DNA from: a virus
Lineage: Duplodnaviria; Caudoviricetes
IMG/VR virus record: IMGVR_UViG_3300028908_000002
Location: 1 to 50,182 of that record
Reading direction: 5' to 3' (one strand)
DNA length: 50,182 bases
The notes beneath the pieces are model-generated. The model had not been told where the DNA came from. It saw only the letters and a list, made by a program, of their open reading frames with translations, and made no database searches. The position numbers and the translations under genes were made by a program. Positions 29,397 to 39,464 of the stretch are shown here, in pieces (position 1 is the first letter of the stretch; every line of letters begins with the position of its first letter).

Positions 29397-32096
29397 TTAT
29401 TTAACCGCTTTATCGTACATTTCAAGGCATTGTGTGAGACATCCGATCAAAGTCTTGTGCATATTTAGCTTTGTAGCCCGATCTATTGCATCGACTAAAT
29501 GTTTCCTATCTCTTATGATCAGCGTGGACGGTATCCGTCGGACTACTCCGTCCACTTTGTACAGTGTAACAGGCACGGGGATAAGCCCGTATTTAACAGC
29601 CCTCGTCTTGCTTGATAGCGTGTCGATCACATCTCCGACCGCTATATTCTCATCTAAAGCCTCTTTAAATAAGGCTTTTAACTTTCTCCTACTACACAAA
29701 TTCACACCGGCGGCATCTAATATGGTACGCAACTCCGTCCACTCTCTCCATTTCCAAGTGTGAGTAGTCTGATCCATGTTCAATTTCTTCATGATCCAGT
29801 CTGCCACATGATCCACATCGTCTGCAAGGTCTGCCCTCTCAATCTCTTCAAGCTCTGCCACTTGCTGTGGCGTAACCACTTTGGAGGCGTACTTCTGCAT
29901 GTTATTGTCTGCCCACTTAGAAGCCTCGACGGGGTTTAATTTAGCCCACTTAAGAATGTTAACGATGTAAGTTCCGATAGCGTGTGTAACAACCTTCATA
30001 ACGGTAGCCGTGTCATACTTCTCTATCAAGCCCGTCTCATTGAAGGGATTTATACCACTGCTATCAAATAGCATTATTCTACTCTGCATCTGCGGTTCAA
30101 GGCTATCATACAGAGACGTAGCGTTAGCACCGAACAATATAAATGCACCGGTACGCAATGATACAGTGCCTTTATGCTTAGGGCTTATGTCTGTATGTGT
30201 ACCTTGAAAGGCTGCCTTTAAAGCGTTCAAGGCTTGACCTTGACCCTTGAAGCTATGGGACGAAATCTCATCGAACATGAGACAAAGCCTTGACACTACA
30301 TCCCTATAATCTACTGCCGACCTTGTGTCTTTAACGAGTTCCGTTAAGTCTATGCCCTTCTTATTGGTAAGGTTAAGCGTACGAAACACATTTATCAATG
30401 CTGACTTACCCGCACCCGATGGCGCTTCTACTAACAAGGCTTTAGGTCTGTTGAATGGTGTGAGCCACATCGTTAAACTAAACTCTGCAATCAACAATGG
30501 TAAGTCTTTCCAGTGTTTCATATAGGTCTGTACAATGTCATCGTACGCCTCTTTTGTTACACCGGTCAAATCCTTAATCATACGCAAATCAAAGGCTTGA
30601 CGCACATTAACCACCGTCTTACCCTGCTCGGATACACTGAACATAGTTGTATCACGGGGAGCTAAGAGGGCTAACTCTATTTCCTCGTCTGCAATGACGG
30701 CAACACTATTGGATGCTATCACTTTTAATATAGTGTCTGTCAGCGTGATCTGATCCAACAACTGAGGCTTTTCACCCTCTTCCGTTGATCGTAGGACTTT
30801 CTTATTGTAGTCCTTGATCATCTTTGCCATGTCAGGCTTGAAGAGGAAGCGGCGCCAATACTTGTACATATAAAGCTCAAGTGTACCGTCTTGCACACGA
30901 ACCCTATTTGCACCCGTAAGTGTGCCATCGTATCTCAGACCTCTTAAGTATATGTTACCCCTACTATCCACTTGTGTAGCGAGGATTAACCACAGTAGCG
31001 TATTGTAGTCTATGTATTGCATAAACGACACGGGGTGAGGGTACAGCTTATCCACCCTTAAACAGATCAGATGTACCACTTCAGCGAGGAGTTTCTCCCC
31101 GTGTTCACGATACATGTCTTGCAAAGCCTCTAACGGTGGTGGTAAGGCTATACGATGACCTGCATCTCCAAACTGTGTTACGCAAGTATTACCACCACAA
31201 TAGTAGCGCAACAAGCCATCGCCTTGTTTGACTACCCAAGCGTAGCGGGGATTGTTAGGATCGCTGTGCTTATCTGCATTGTGCAAACATCGCACATTGA
31301 CTTTCGAGGTAGGCTCTACACCGTTTATAGCTGGTGTGAGCCACCTATCTAAATCCCCTATTAGCATAGTCTTGCCTACTAAGTGGTTGAGGGATTGATC
31401 ATCTACCGCTGTTATTGTTACTTCTGTATCACACCTTACTTCCGGTGTATCAGCGTGTGATACTAAAGCCTCCTTAAACTCCTTCTGCTCCGTTTTATTG
31501 TAGTGTTCTGCTACGAGTGTAGCCCCGTATTGCACATAATACACCTGATCCTTCATGCCTAAGAAAGAGGCTTTCTCTTTATTGTACGCTTCAAGATCAC
31601 CTGTTACCAATGTAGGGGCAAACAAGCGTGTTACATCTTTGCATGACTCATCAGCTGTCAATCCGAATTCAGCGTTTATGCTTGACCATACAGTCTTGTA
31701 ATTATGTACTGTTAAGCCTACTATAGGTAACACAAGTCTGACTCTTATGTCAGATGTTCTGCCGTAATTCTGTGTGGGGATTAAGACATAGCTGTATCCT
31801 TGTAACGCTTCAGCTATGTTATTCAAGCGATCGATAGTGGCAGTGTCGATATCAAAGGCGATCATATTGCCTACACCTATGAGGTGCTTCTTGTGCCTAT
31901 GACCTCTATCGTATATGCCCATTGATGAAGCGTACCACAACATATGCTGTGCCACCTCTTCTAATGTCGGTAAGGATAGTTGTGTGAAGCCGAAGGTTGT
32001 AGCTTTACCGTAGTCGAGCTTTTGATCCTCCGTTAGTAGTGTGTCGGGTTTAGCGTGTTTAAGTTGCATACTACAACTTATAGTATAATTGTTCAT
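29397..32096 (-). CDS. Primase-helicase: AEP-type primase fused to SF3 helicase
   Basis: N-terminal AFDID, RVRLVLP and DESCKDVTRLF; Cys/His segment (C.H...H...C...C); Walker A EAPSGAGKS, Walker B LMFDE, motif C FGAN. Confidence 0.85.
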   Translation of the reverse strand: MNNYTISCSMQLKHAKPDTLLTEDQKLDYGKATTFGFTQLSLPTLEEVAQHMLWYASSMGIYDRGHRHKKHLIGVGNMIAFDIDTATIDRLNNIAEALQGYSYVLIPTQNYGRTSDIRVRLVLPIVGLTVHNYKTVWSSINAEFGLTADESCKDVTRLFAPTLVTGDLEAYNKEKASFLGMKDQVYYVQYGATLVAEHYNKTEQKEFKEALVSHADTPEVRCDTEVTITAVDDQSLNHLVGKTMLIGDLDRWLTPAINGVEPTSKVNVRCLHNADKHSDPNNPRYAWVVKQGDGLLRYYCGGNTCVTQFGDAGHRIALPPPLEALQDMYREHGEKLLAEVVHLICLRVDKLYPHPVSFMQYIDYNTLLWLILATQVDSRGNIYLRGLRYDGTLTGANRVRVQDGTLELYMYKYWRRFLFKPDMAKMIKDYNKKVLRSTEEGEKPQLLDQITLTDTILKVIASNSVAVIADEEIELALLAPRDTTMFSVSEQGKTVVNVRQAFDLRMIKDLTGVTKEAYDDIVQTYMKHWKDLPLLIAEFSLTMWLTPFNRPKALLVEAPSGAGKSALINVFRTLNLTNKKGIDLTELVKDTRSAVDYRDVVSRLCLMFDEISSHSFKGQGQALNALKAAFQGTHTDISPKHKGTVSLRTGAFILFGANATSLYDSLEPQMQSRIMLFDSSGINPFNETGLIEKYDTATVMKVVTHAIGTYIVNILKWAKLNPVEASKWADNNMQKYASKVVTPQQVAELEEIERADLADDVDHVADWIMKKLNMDQTTHTWKWREWTELRTILDAAGVNLCSRRKLKALFKEALDENIAVGDVIDTLSSKTRAVKYGLIPVPVTLYKVDGVVRRIPSTLIIRDRKHLVDAIDRATKLNMHKTLIGCLTQCLEMYDKAVK

Positions 32097-32125
32097 TTTC
32101 CACCTTTATAGAATTTGCTTTTGAT

Positions 32126-32154
32126 AGTTTAGCAAAATTTAAAATTTTTGTCAA
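32126..32154 (-). promoter_or_regulatory. Sigma70 promoter of the primase-helicase
   Basis: Minus strand TTGACA-17 nt-TAAACT with an extended TG; divergent TATAAT at 32305-32310. Confidence 0.75.
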
Positions 32155-32358
32155 GGGGCTTTGGGTTAAAAGTCCTATTTTAATGGTAAAAGTAAGGGTT
32201 AAATCTCTTTTATGTAAAAACATTTATATATAAGGGGCTGTTTTGGTGCTGATATTTATTTTTGTATCGGGGATATTTTAAGCGTTTTATAAGAATTGTT
32301 TGGCTATAATTTCTTTAACAGTTTGTTTAAAACTGAAATTAAAACAAAAGGATCGAAT

Positions 32359-33201
32359 ATGACACAGACTATGCCACAGGGCGGTATGCCACAAGGTATG
32401 CCACAAGGCAATATCCCACAGGCAGCATGGCAACCACCTGCCGCAGCATGGGGTAAGCCTATACAGGATACATCAGCTGGTACACTGTTCCCTAAACTAC
32501 CGGACGGTACAGATTTGAAGAGTTGGGGTAATGCCCCTATTGGGTTTATACAAGGCTTTGTACCGATTAAGGTTATACAGATGCACGGTACAAACGGTGC
32601 ATTTACAAGAATAGCCGGTTTCGGTTTCAATTACTATTGTGCGTCAGAGGCTGATATAGTCAATAGCATTGAATGGGGGTCAGTCGATACGCCTACCACT
32701 GTAGCCAGTGCGTGGGACGAGGGTAATATAAATCCCCTTGATGTAGTTGGCATCGTTAAGATCGCCTCTAAAGGTGATCCGAAACCCGACGGTGGCAGAT
32801 ACTCCTATCACCATGTAAGCGTAGGCATGGGTGATTGGGGTGAGCATACTGCACAGGTAAAGGAGATAGTGTTGAGAGAGGTAAACGCTAAGATGAAGGC
32901 TTTAGGTATGACAGTACCGCCTAAAGTTTATGCAGGTGATAGAACAGGTATGCCGATGACACAGATAGGTGGTACACAAGCACCTGCACATACTAATACA
33001 CAGGCTATGCCAACAGGTAATGCACAACCTGCACAAGCACCTACGGGTAACGCACAAGCACCTATGGGCAATGCACAAGCACCTATGGGCAATGCACCTG
33101 CACAAGCACCTGCACAAGCACCTACGGGCAATGCACCTGCAGGTAATACCCCTGCACCAACAGGCGGATTTCCCACATTCGGTGGCGGTTTCCCACAATA
33201 A
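32359..33201 (+). CDS. Putative single-stranded DNA-binding protein with long Q/P/A/G tail
   Basis: First gene of the replication operon; beta-rich core, disordered tail of 21-nt repeats (QAPMGNA) and aromatic C-terminus. Positional inference. Confidence 0.45.
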   Translation: MTQTMPQGGMPQGMPQGNIPQAAWQPPAAAWGKPIQDTSAGTLFPKLPDGTDLKSWGNAPIGFIQGFVPIKVIQMHGTNGAFTRIAGFGFNYYCASEADIVNSIEWGSVDTPTTVASAWDEGNINPLDVVGIVKIASKGDPKPDGGRYSYHHVSVGMGDWGEHTAQVKEIVLREVNAKMKALGMTVPPKVYAGDRTGMPMTQIGGTQAPAHTNTQAMPTGNAQPAQAPTGNAQAPMGNAQAPMGNAPAQAPAQAPTGNAPAGNTPAPTGGFPTFGGGFPQ

Positions 33202-33256
33202 TTTAACAGCCTCTACTGCGGTAGGGGCGATTAAGTTATACATAAAGGACGGTAGT

Positions 33257-35194
33257 ATGGTGAAATACAAAGAAGTTGAAGACTTCAACTTCATACAAAA
33301 AGGCTCATGGATAAGCCTTGACACTGAAACGAGGAAAAATCCCTTAGTACACAGAGGATTTTATGGCGACATAAGAGTCGTACAGGTTACATTGTTGAAT
33401 GAACCCGACATGACATACCTAAAGGTCTTCAATGGGCATGATGCTGTACCACATATGCAACACTTAGCAGAATGTAAGTGGATAGGGCAGAACATAAATT
33501 ACGATGTATATTCTGCCGAGAGGATGGGAGTGGATGTGTCTCGGTTAGAGATACATGACACGCTCATAATGGCACACAATGCCGTGCCACACCTAAAATC
33601 CTTTAGTTTGGATGCACTATATGAGGCTTTATTCGGTGTAGATGTATATAAGGAGTATGGATTGGAGAAGAAGGCTTTACAAGCTTCACAGTGGGATGAG
33701 CCAGAGTTAACCAAAGAACAACTTACATACGCAGCACTTGATACACAGGCGGCGTTGAAGGTGTACTTCAAGTTAGCTGAAATGTTAAGCACCATGCCAC
33801 AAGCCCGTATATCGTACGAGGTAGGTAGGTTAGCTCAAACAGCCCTATTCAGAGCAATAGGCTTTGCATTTGACGCACAAGAGGCACAGAAACAAGGCTA
33901 TTTCACGCCTAAGTATGAGTTACCAAAAGGCATGAAGTTGAGATCATCCAAACAAAAATGTGAATGGCTAAACCTGCCACCTATGCTAAACAGCAAGGGC
34001 GATAGAGTGTCATACAGAGCTGATAAGTATGTCCTACAACAGATAAAGGTCGGCAAGTTCCCCTATGGCGCATACGGGGATAATCCTAAATGGAACGCAT
34101 TAGCACTTGCGGAGATTGGAAGACCGGAGTTCTTCCACTGTATGGGCTATGAGCCGTATCCAAAGGATTGGAAGTCAAGAAAAGAGGCTTATGAGTTGCA
34201 TGACCAATATGAGAGGTACATAGAGGAACAGGAGCATTGTGATACGCCAGAGTGTAGAGAGCAAAGGCGTAAAGCCACAGTGCTACTTGATGCCATGAAC
34301 TTTGATGTGCGCTTGTCATTTCTTGATGTATTCCGTAGGTTAGCCCTAAGAGGAAGAAGGGTTAACTCCGTGTACCGTGTAACTACCACATCAGGTAGGA
34401 CGGCAGCACAAGGACACGATTACAGGGTGAACATACAACAAGCGCCACGCTCTGTAAAGCCTTTCTTTAAAGCGAGTGCGGCTAAAGTCCTCGTTACATT
34501 CGACTACTCACAACTCGAATTGAGGATGATGGCGTGTTTAGCTGAGGACAAAGTTATGTACGAGGCTTACAAGAACCGAGAGGATCTACACAATAAGACA
34601 AAGATCATGCTCGGATTGGCTGATAGGAGTCTCGCTAAGCGTATCAATTTTGGTGTCATGTATCTCATGGCTGAGAATACCTTTCACGGTACTATGTTGA
34701 AAGACGGCGGTATCGATTGGGAAGGTTCATCAGGAGTATTATTGCCATTGTGGTACATAAAAGAAGTAATAGAGAAGTTTAGAGCCACATATACAGGTGT
34801 GGCACAGCTTCAAGACTATGTTAAAGAGCTTACCAAAAAAGGCGGTGGATATTTAACAACAGTGTTAGGCAGACAGCTACACCATTGCACAGCGCCACAG
34901 TTGATCGGGCGTTATATTCAAGGTAGTGCCGCAGAGGTAGCTAAAGTGTGCCTTGCATATCAAGAGAAGGGTGTAGAAGCCCCATTGTGTGCTATGGTGC
35001 ATGACAGCTTCACATGGGAGACCACAGTAAGTGAAGCAGACAAGGTGGCAAGACAAGCCGCAGAGGTAGGCTTTGAAGCGTGGCGATATGCCATAAAAGA
35101 CACGGCGTTTCCAGATATGCCGATGCCGATTGAGGTAGGCATGGGCGTAACATGGAAAGAGGCTGATAGCAATGTAATATATGTAAAGGATTAA
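33257..35194 (+). CDS. polA: Family A DNA polymerase with 3'-5' exonuclease (645 aa)
   Basis: Exo motifs LDTET, GQNINYD and YAALD; TTSGR, NIQQAPR, motif A FDYSQLELR, motif B RSLAKRINFGVMY, IQGSAA, motif C VHDS. True start at ATG 33257 after AAAGGA. Confidence 0.95.
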   Translation: MVKYKEVEDFNFIQKGSWISLDTETRKNPLVHRGFYGDIRVVQVTLLNEPDMTYLKVFNGHDAVPHMQHLAECKWIGQNINYDVYSAERMGVDVSRLEIHDTLIMAHNAVPHLKSFSLDALYEALFGVDVYKEYGLEKKALQASQWDEPELTKEQLTYAALDTQAALKVYFKLAEMLSTMPQARISYEVGRLAQTALFRAIGFAFDAQEAQKQGYFTPKYELPKGMKLRSSKQKCEWLNLPPMLNSKGDRVSYRADKYVLQQIKVGKFPYGAYGDNPKWNALALAEIGRPEFFHCMGYEPYPKDWKSRKEAYELHDQYERYIEEQEHCDTPECREQRRKATVLLDAMNFDVRLSFLDVFRRLALRGRRVNSVYRVTTTSGRTAAQGHDYRVNIQQAPRSVKPFFKASAAKVLVTFDYSQLELRMMACLAEDKVMYEAYKNREDLHNKTKIMLGLADRSLAKRINFGVMYLMAENTFHGTMLKDGGIDWEGSSGVLLPLWYIKEVIEKFRATYTGVAQLQDYVKELTKKGGGYLTTVLGRQLHHCTAPQLIGRYIQGSAAEVAKVCLAYQEKGVEAPLCAMVHDSFTWETTVSEADKVARQAAEVGFEAWRYAIKDTAFPDMPMPIEVGMGVTWKEADSNVIYVKD

Positions 35195-35196
35195 CG

Positions 35197-35439
35197 ATGT
35201 ACTACGAAGCAACTAAAGGCGACATGGTAGCGTTAGTGTTGATAGAGAACGGCAGACGACACGCCGTTGAATGGTGCAGTTTAGAACATGATGTTGTACA
35301 GTCATTCAATAAGAACTTTGTTGATATGTACGCATATAACGATTTAGCAGAAAAGCCTCTTTTAGGGGGCTTTAAATACACAGGTAGGGTGTTTCACACA
35401 CCGGACGAATATTTAACTACAATAGAGGAAGAGAGATGA
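35197..35439 (+). CDS. Hypothetical protein
   Basis: AAAGGA RBS; tightly packed in the operon. Confidence 0.7.
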   Translation: MYYEATKGDMVALVLIENGRRHAVEWCSLEHDVVQSFNKNFVDMYAYNDLAEKPLLGGFKYTGRVFHTPDEYLTTIEEER

Positions 35440-36416
35440 AAGCGACAATAGAATATGCAGACCTAAGTAAGATAACATCACCGAACGATATAAAAGCCCT
35501 TGTATTAGAGGGCGACAACAGTAGAACTAAAACGATGGGCGATAAGATAGTGCTACGCCCATCTATGGTGGATATGCATTGCCCGTACGAATGGGCTTTG
35601 AAAGTGTACGGCTTAGTCCGTTCTACACCAAAGGCAGCAAACTCAATAGGCACAGCGTATCATGCTGCAGCAGAGGCGTTTGACACCTATCGCATACTAT
35701 CAAACGGCGACATGCCGCCGCCAGATTGGCTATGGGATATAGCACAGGAGCGCATAGCCAAGAGCGAGGCACAGTATAAAAGACTCACAGGCGGTGATAT
35801 GTGGGAGAACGCCGAAGGCTCATACAGCAAGTACGACAGTAAAGAGAGGCTTTTCACTGATCTCCAAGACAGTGTATATGATATGCACTTAAATTTGGGG
35901 TCTCTACCTACACCCGCTACGGTAGAGTGTAGATTGACGCAGCCAATAGACCACCCTAAGTTTGCAGCGGTAAGTGGTAGCGTTGATCGTCTCACACGAA
36001 CTCCGGAGGGGTATTACATAGTGGACGATCACAAGTTCACTAAGACATTCAACGCGAGTAAGCTTGACACTTACGCCGTACAACAGAGCCTATATCTCGA
36101 TATGGCACACAATGCGGGGTTACAAGTAGTAGGTGGAAGACTTTTAGGTATAGATAGAGGGGCAACACGGGCTAAAGCGTCGGCGAGATTTAAAGTTTTA
36201 ACGGTAAATTACAATAGAAATCGGGCTTACAATAAAGTCTCTTACGCTTTGAATTTAGTCAAGCTAATAGAGCAATTTAGGGCTGAAATGCCACTAATTG
36301 ACGCTATAACGATGTTAGCGCCGACAACAAATCAAGGGGATTTCTTATGCTCTAAAAAGTGGTGCGAGGCGTGGGATAATTGCCCTTTACAAAACGGTAA
36401 AATCAAGTATTTATGA
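35436..36416 (+). CDS. Cas4/AddB-like PD-(D/E)XK exonuclease with likely Fe-S cluster
   Basis: CPYEW, GTAYH, GSVDRL, DDHKF, Q..LY and C-terminal C....C.....CP. Confidence 0.85.
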   Translation: MKATIEYADLSKITSPNDIKALVLEGDNSRTKTMGDKIVLRPSMVDMHCPYEWALKVYGLVRSTPKAANSIGTAYHAAAEAFDTYRILSNGDMPPPDWLWDIAQERIAKSEAQYKRLTGGDMWENAEGSYSKYDSKERLFTDLQDSVYDMHLNLGSLPTPATVECRLTQPIDHPKFAAVSGSVDRLTRTPEGYYIVDDHKFTKTFNASKLDTYAVQQSLYLDMAHNAGLQVVGGRLLGIDRGATRAKASARFKVLTVNYNRNRAYNKVSYALNLVKLIEQFRAEMPLIDAITMLAPTTNQGDFLCSKKWCEAWDNCPLQNGKIKYL

Positions 36417-36417
36417 G

Positions 36418-36476
36418 ATTTTAAGCTTAGGTTAAGCGTAGATTAAGCACTTTCAAAGCTTAATCACGCTATAATT
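36418..36476 (+). promoter_or_regulatory. Promoter with 11-bp phased TTAAGC boxes and TATAAT
   Basis: TTTAAGCTTAG GTTAAGCGTAG ATTAAGC ... GCTATAAT upstream of the ligase. Confidence 0.6.
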
Positions 36477-36502
36477 TTACTATTAAAAGTAAAGGATCGA
36501 AG

Positions 36503-37807
36503 ATGAGTTATAATTTGCAAGACATGCTGTATGATTGCTATAACACAGACAGCATAACAGACAAACTGTCATACATTAAGCAATGTACACTGTCAAACAC
36601 TGAAATAACATGGCTAAACATGGTAGTTACAAAGACAATAAAGTTCTACGTAACTAAAACAATGTTAGCCTATCCAACAAAAGCCTCTTTATCGGACATC
36701 TATGAAGATGGGCTAACCATTGCACCCACTAAAGAGACAATAGAACTGTTGACAAAATTGGCTGATAGGTCTCTGAGTGGCAATGCCGCCGTTCAAGCCG
36801 TTATGGAGTACTACATCAGAACACAAGACCACAGTGTGTTCTTTGCAGTACACAAGGATTTGAGATGTGGCTTGAGTAGCAAAACACTGTTAAGAGCGGG
36901 TGTACCATTGGACAAATGGGAAGTACAAAAGGGTGTTCCATATGTAGAGGGTACAGCCATAAATTTCCCGCTCGTAGTACAACCAAAGTACAACGGAAAT
37001 AGGCTTCTTGCATGGCGTGAAGGTAAAGTAGTACACTTGAGATCGTACAACGGATCGTCGTACAAGTATCAGTACCTTCAACTTGTGTTGTCAACCTTGC
37101 CAGAAGGCTTTGTCCTTGACGGTGAGTTAATTAACGGTAAAGGTCAGACGGAAGAAGAGTTTAAATCTGTCAATAGGCGTATAAACTCCGCTATAAGTGG
37201 CGGTGGTAACATGGCATACCACCCAAACGACACTTATTTAGTGTGGGATGTTATACCACTGTCTGACTTCATGGCGCAGCGTACACCTGCCACTGATTAC
37301 TCCGTGCGTATGCAGAACGCACAGAGTTACGCCGCTACACATGATATGCTAAAGGCGTGTGAAACATCTATTGTCAATGACCGTGAACAGCTAAATCAGG
37401 CTGTAGCATGGGCGTTAGACAATGGCTATGAAGGCATAGTAGGTAAAGACCTACGGGGTACGCTTACCTATAAGAAAGATAGAACATGGTTGAAGTTCAA
37501 GCGGAGTGAACCCGCTGACCTTAGATGTATAAGTGCTAAAGAGCATACAACAAAAGCAGGACAAATAGGGGCTTTACTCATGGCGGGAACTGTTAAGGGT
37601 AAGCCCGTTCAAGTGTGGGTAGGATCGGGCTTAAACGATGCGGATCGTTGTGTGGACTATAGAAAATACATAGGTAAAATATTTGAGGTTACATATTTCA
37701 TGTTAACCCATGATAGTGTAACAGGGGCATACAGCCTTAACAGCCCACGATTTAAGAAGGACAATCCTGCTACACAATTGTTGGACTTAGAAAGGCACGA
37801 TAAATGA
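36503..37807 (+). CDS. ATP-dependent DNA ligase
   Basis: QPKYNGNR (KxDGxR variant), LDGEL, VWDV, EGIVGK, WLKFK, VGSGL and PRF. Confidence 0.92.
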   Translation: MSYNLQDMLYDCYNTDSITDKLSYIKQCTLSNTEITWLNMVVTKTIKFYVTKTMLAYPTKASLSDIYEDGLTIAPTKETIELLTKLADRSLSGNAAVQAVMEYYIRTQDHSVFFAVHKDLRCGLSSKTLLRAGVPLDKWEVQKGVPYVEGTAINFPLVVQPKYNGNRLLAWREGKVVHLRSYNGSSYKYQYLQLVLSTLPEGFVLDGELINGKGQTEEEFKSVNRRINSAISGGGNMAYHPNDTYLVWDVIPLSDFMAQRTPATDYSVRMQNAQSYAATHDMLKACETSIVNDREQLNQAVAWALDNGYEGIVGKDLRGTLTYKKDRTWLKFKRSEPADLRCISAKEHTTKAGQIGALLMAGTVKGKPVQVWVGSGLNDADRCVDYRKYIGKIFEVTYFMLTHDSVTGAYSLNSPRFKKDNPATQLLDLERHDK

Positions 37808-39234
37808 GTGCAACAGTTAAACCTGCCGCATTGAAACCGCACCAGATAGAGATGGCTACCCAAGCGTGGGAAGTCTTCTCTAAGCGTGGCATAGTGTACC
37901 TCGCAGGACAAGAGCGTACAGGTAAAAGTGCCGTCGGTTTAGTGTTAGCCAATGCAGCATATCCCAATGGTAGGTGTCTTGTTATCACCGGTAAAAAGCC
38001 TATCGGTGATGATTACAGATACAATATCAATGACGAGGGTAAGATAGTCCGTGCTCCGAAGAACGGTAAGTATCACATGCTAACCGGTTGGCGTAAAACA
38101 TTGAGGATTTTCGAGGGTCAATACACTATTAAAGTTGACATTATCAACTATGAAAGCCTACATACGCTAAAGGATTACATGAAATATGATGTAATCATTT
38201 ATGACGAGGCTCATAAGAATATAACGAGATACCCGCAGCCGTCGCAGACATGGCTGCAATGTCGGACAATGTTCTATATGAAACCTGCGATCTTTATGAG
38301 TGCCACGCCGCACCCATATAGTCATGCGCAGTTGTTTCACCAATTAGGTGTCTGCATGTATAGCCCATGGGCAAGATATGCCGACTTCTTGTCATGGTTT
38401 GAGGATTACGGCATACTGACATATAAGATGATAGGCGGTGGGCAGCAAATCCCATGTTATGACGAGACGAGAGACGATATACTGATGCCAGAGTTTAACG
38501 CTATAAGGGTAGTACGAAGCCGCGAGGGCTTAGGCTTTATAGAGCCTGTCGATGAGCTACACTATTTCAAGCTACCACAGCATCTGCATAAGATGTGTAA
38601 GCAGTTGAACGAGTTGGGCTATGTGGAGATAGACGGTGTACTTGTAGGGGCAGCAAATGCCGCTGATGTGCGTAATAAGTTATTGCAAATCGAAGGTGGC
38701 ACATTGACGTATACAGCATATGCTGAAGTGATCAGCAAGACCACCGACCGCCCTGTTAAGTTACACAATGCACGGGAAGCTGTACAGCACGGCTACACTG
38801 TTCAAGAGTTTGAGGAGAAGTGGCTACCACAGACATACGATCTCAATCTTGAGTACTATGACAAAGCCAAATGGATTTACGACACATTTGGTGATACGGA
38901 AGATGTAGCAATTATGTACAACTTTCAGAATGAAGGTAAGTTGCTACGCATGATATTTAAGAACGCTAAAATCCTGCAAATAAAAGCGAACGCATTTGGC
39001 GTGGATTTGTGGGATACAGAGCACTTAGTTATATACTCCATGTCGTGGCAAAGCGATGTGGCGGTACAAGCGAGAGCAAGGCAGTGTAGTTTTGAGCGTG
39101 AGACACCGATCAAAGTACACTATCTACTAACGGAGAGTGGCGTGGGTGCAGATATGTATGACACCTTATTAAAGCGTGGTGAGGATTACACTAACGCTGT
39201 ATATCAGAAACACAGGAGAAATTTGTATGGGTAA
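37804..39234 (+). CDS. SF2 (SNF2-like) helicase
   Basis: LKPHQ, GQERTGKS, YDEAH, SATP and QARARQ. Confidence 0.88.
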   Translation: MSATVKPAALKPHQIEMATQAWEVFSKRGIVYLAGQERTGKSAVGLVLANAAYPNGRCLVITGKKPIGDDYRYNINDEGKIVRAPKNGKYHMLTGWRKTLRIFEGQYTIKVDIINYESLHTLKDYMKYDVIIYDEAHKNITRYPQPSQTWLQCRTMFYMKPAIFMSATPHPYSHAQLFHQLGVCMYSPWARYADFLSWFEDYGILTYKMIGGGQQIPCYDETRDDILMPEFNAIRVVRSREGLGFIEPVDELHYFKLPQHLHKMCKQLNELGYVEIDGVLVGAANAADVRNKLLQIEGGTLTYTAYAEVISKTTDRPVKLHNAREAVQHGYTVQEFEEKWLPQTYDLNLEYYDKAKWIYDTFGDTEDVAIMYNFQNEGKLLRMIFKNAKILQIKANAFGVDLWDTEHLVIYSMSWQSDVAVQARARQCSFERETPIKVHYLLTESGVGADMYDTLLKRGEDYTNAVYQKHRRNLYG

Positions 39235-39400
39235 GTTGGAAGTGTTATTAATGACATTAGAGGATATAGAGAATAGCGACGCATTGTCGCTATCGGAGTT
39301 GCAGGACGCAGTGAAGCTGTTGGCTACACATCTGAGAGAGGCTATGGAGTATGTCAGAGTGGAACTGACACCCACGCCTGATCATGACATTGAACAGTAG
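39227..39400 (+). CDS. Hypothetical protein
   Basis: AGGAG RBS before ATG 39227. Confidence 0.6.
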   Translation: MGKLEVLLMTLEDIENSDALSLSELQDAVKLLATHLREAMEYVRVELTPTPDHDIEQ

Positions 39401-39464
39401 TACGAGGGGCTTTCATAAAGCCTCTTATAGTGCTGTTGCACAATACAAATTTTAGGAGAATGAC

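Noticed and set aside
32969-33256. His/Leu-repeat N-terminal extension of PolA in the ORF track
   Set aside because: It is an off-frame reading of the upstream gene's repeats; the RBS supports a start at 33257.
33257-35194. Z-base (DpoZ) system or intein
   Set aside because: No PurZ-like gene is seen, and the insert lacks intein terminal motifs.
35436-36416. cas4 as part of a CRISPR system
   Set aside because: Stand-alone Cas4-like nucleases are common in phage replication operons; no cas1 or cas2 is present.
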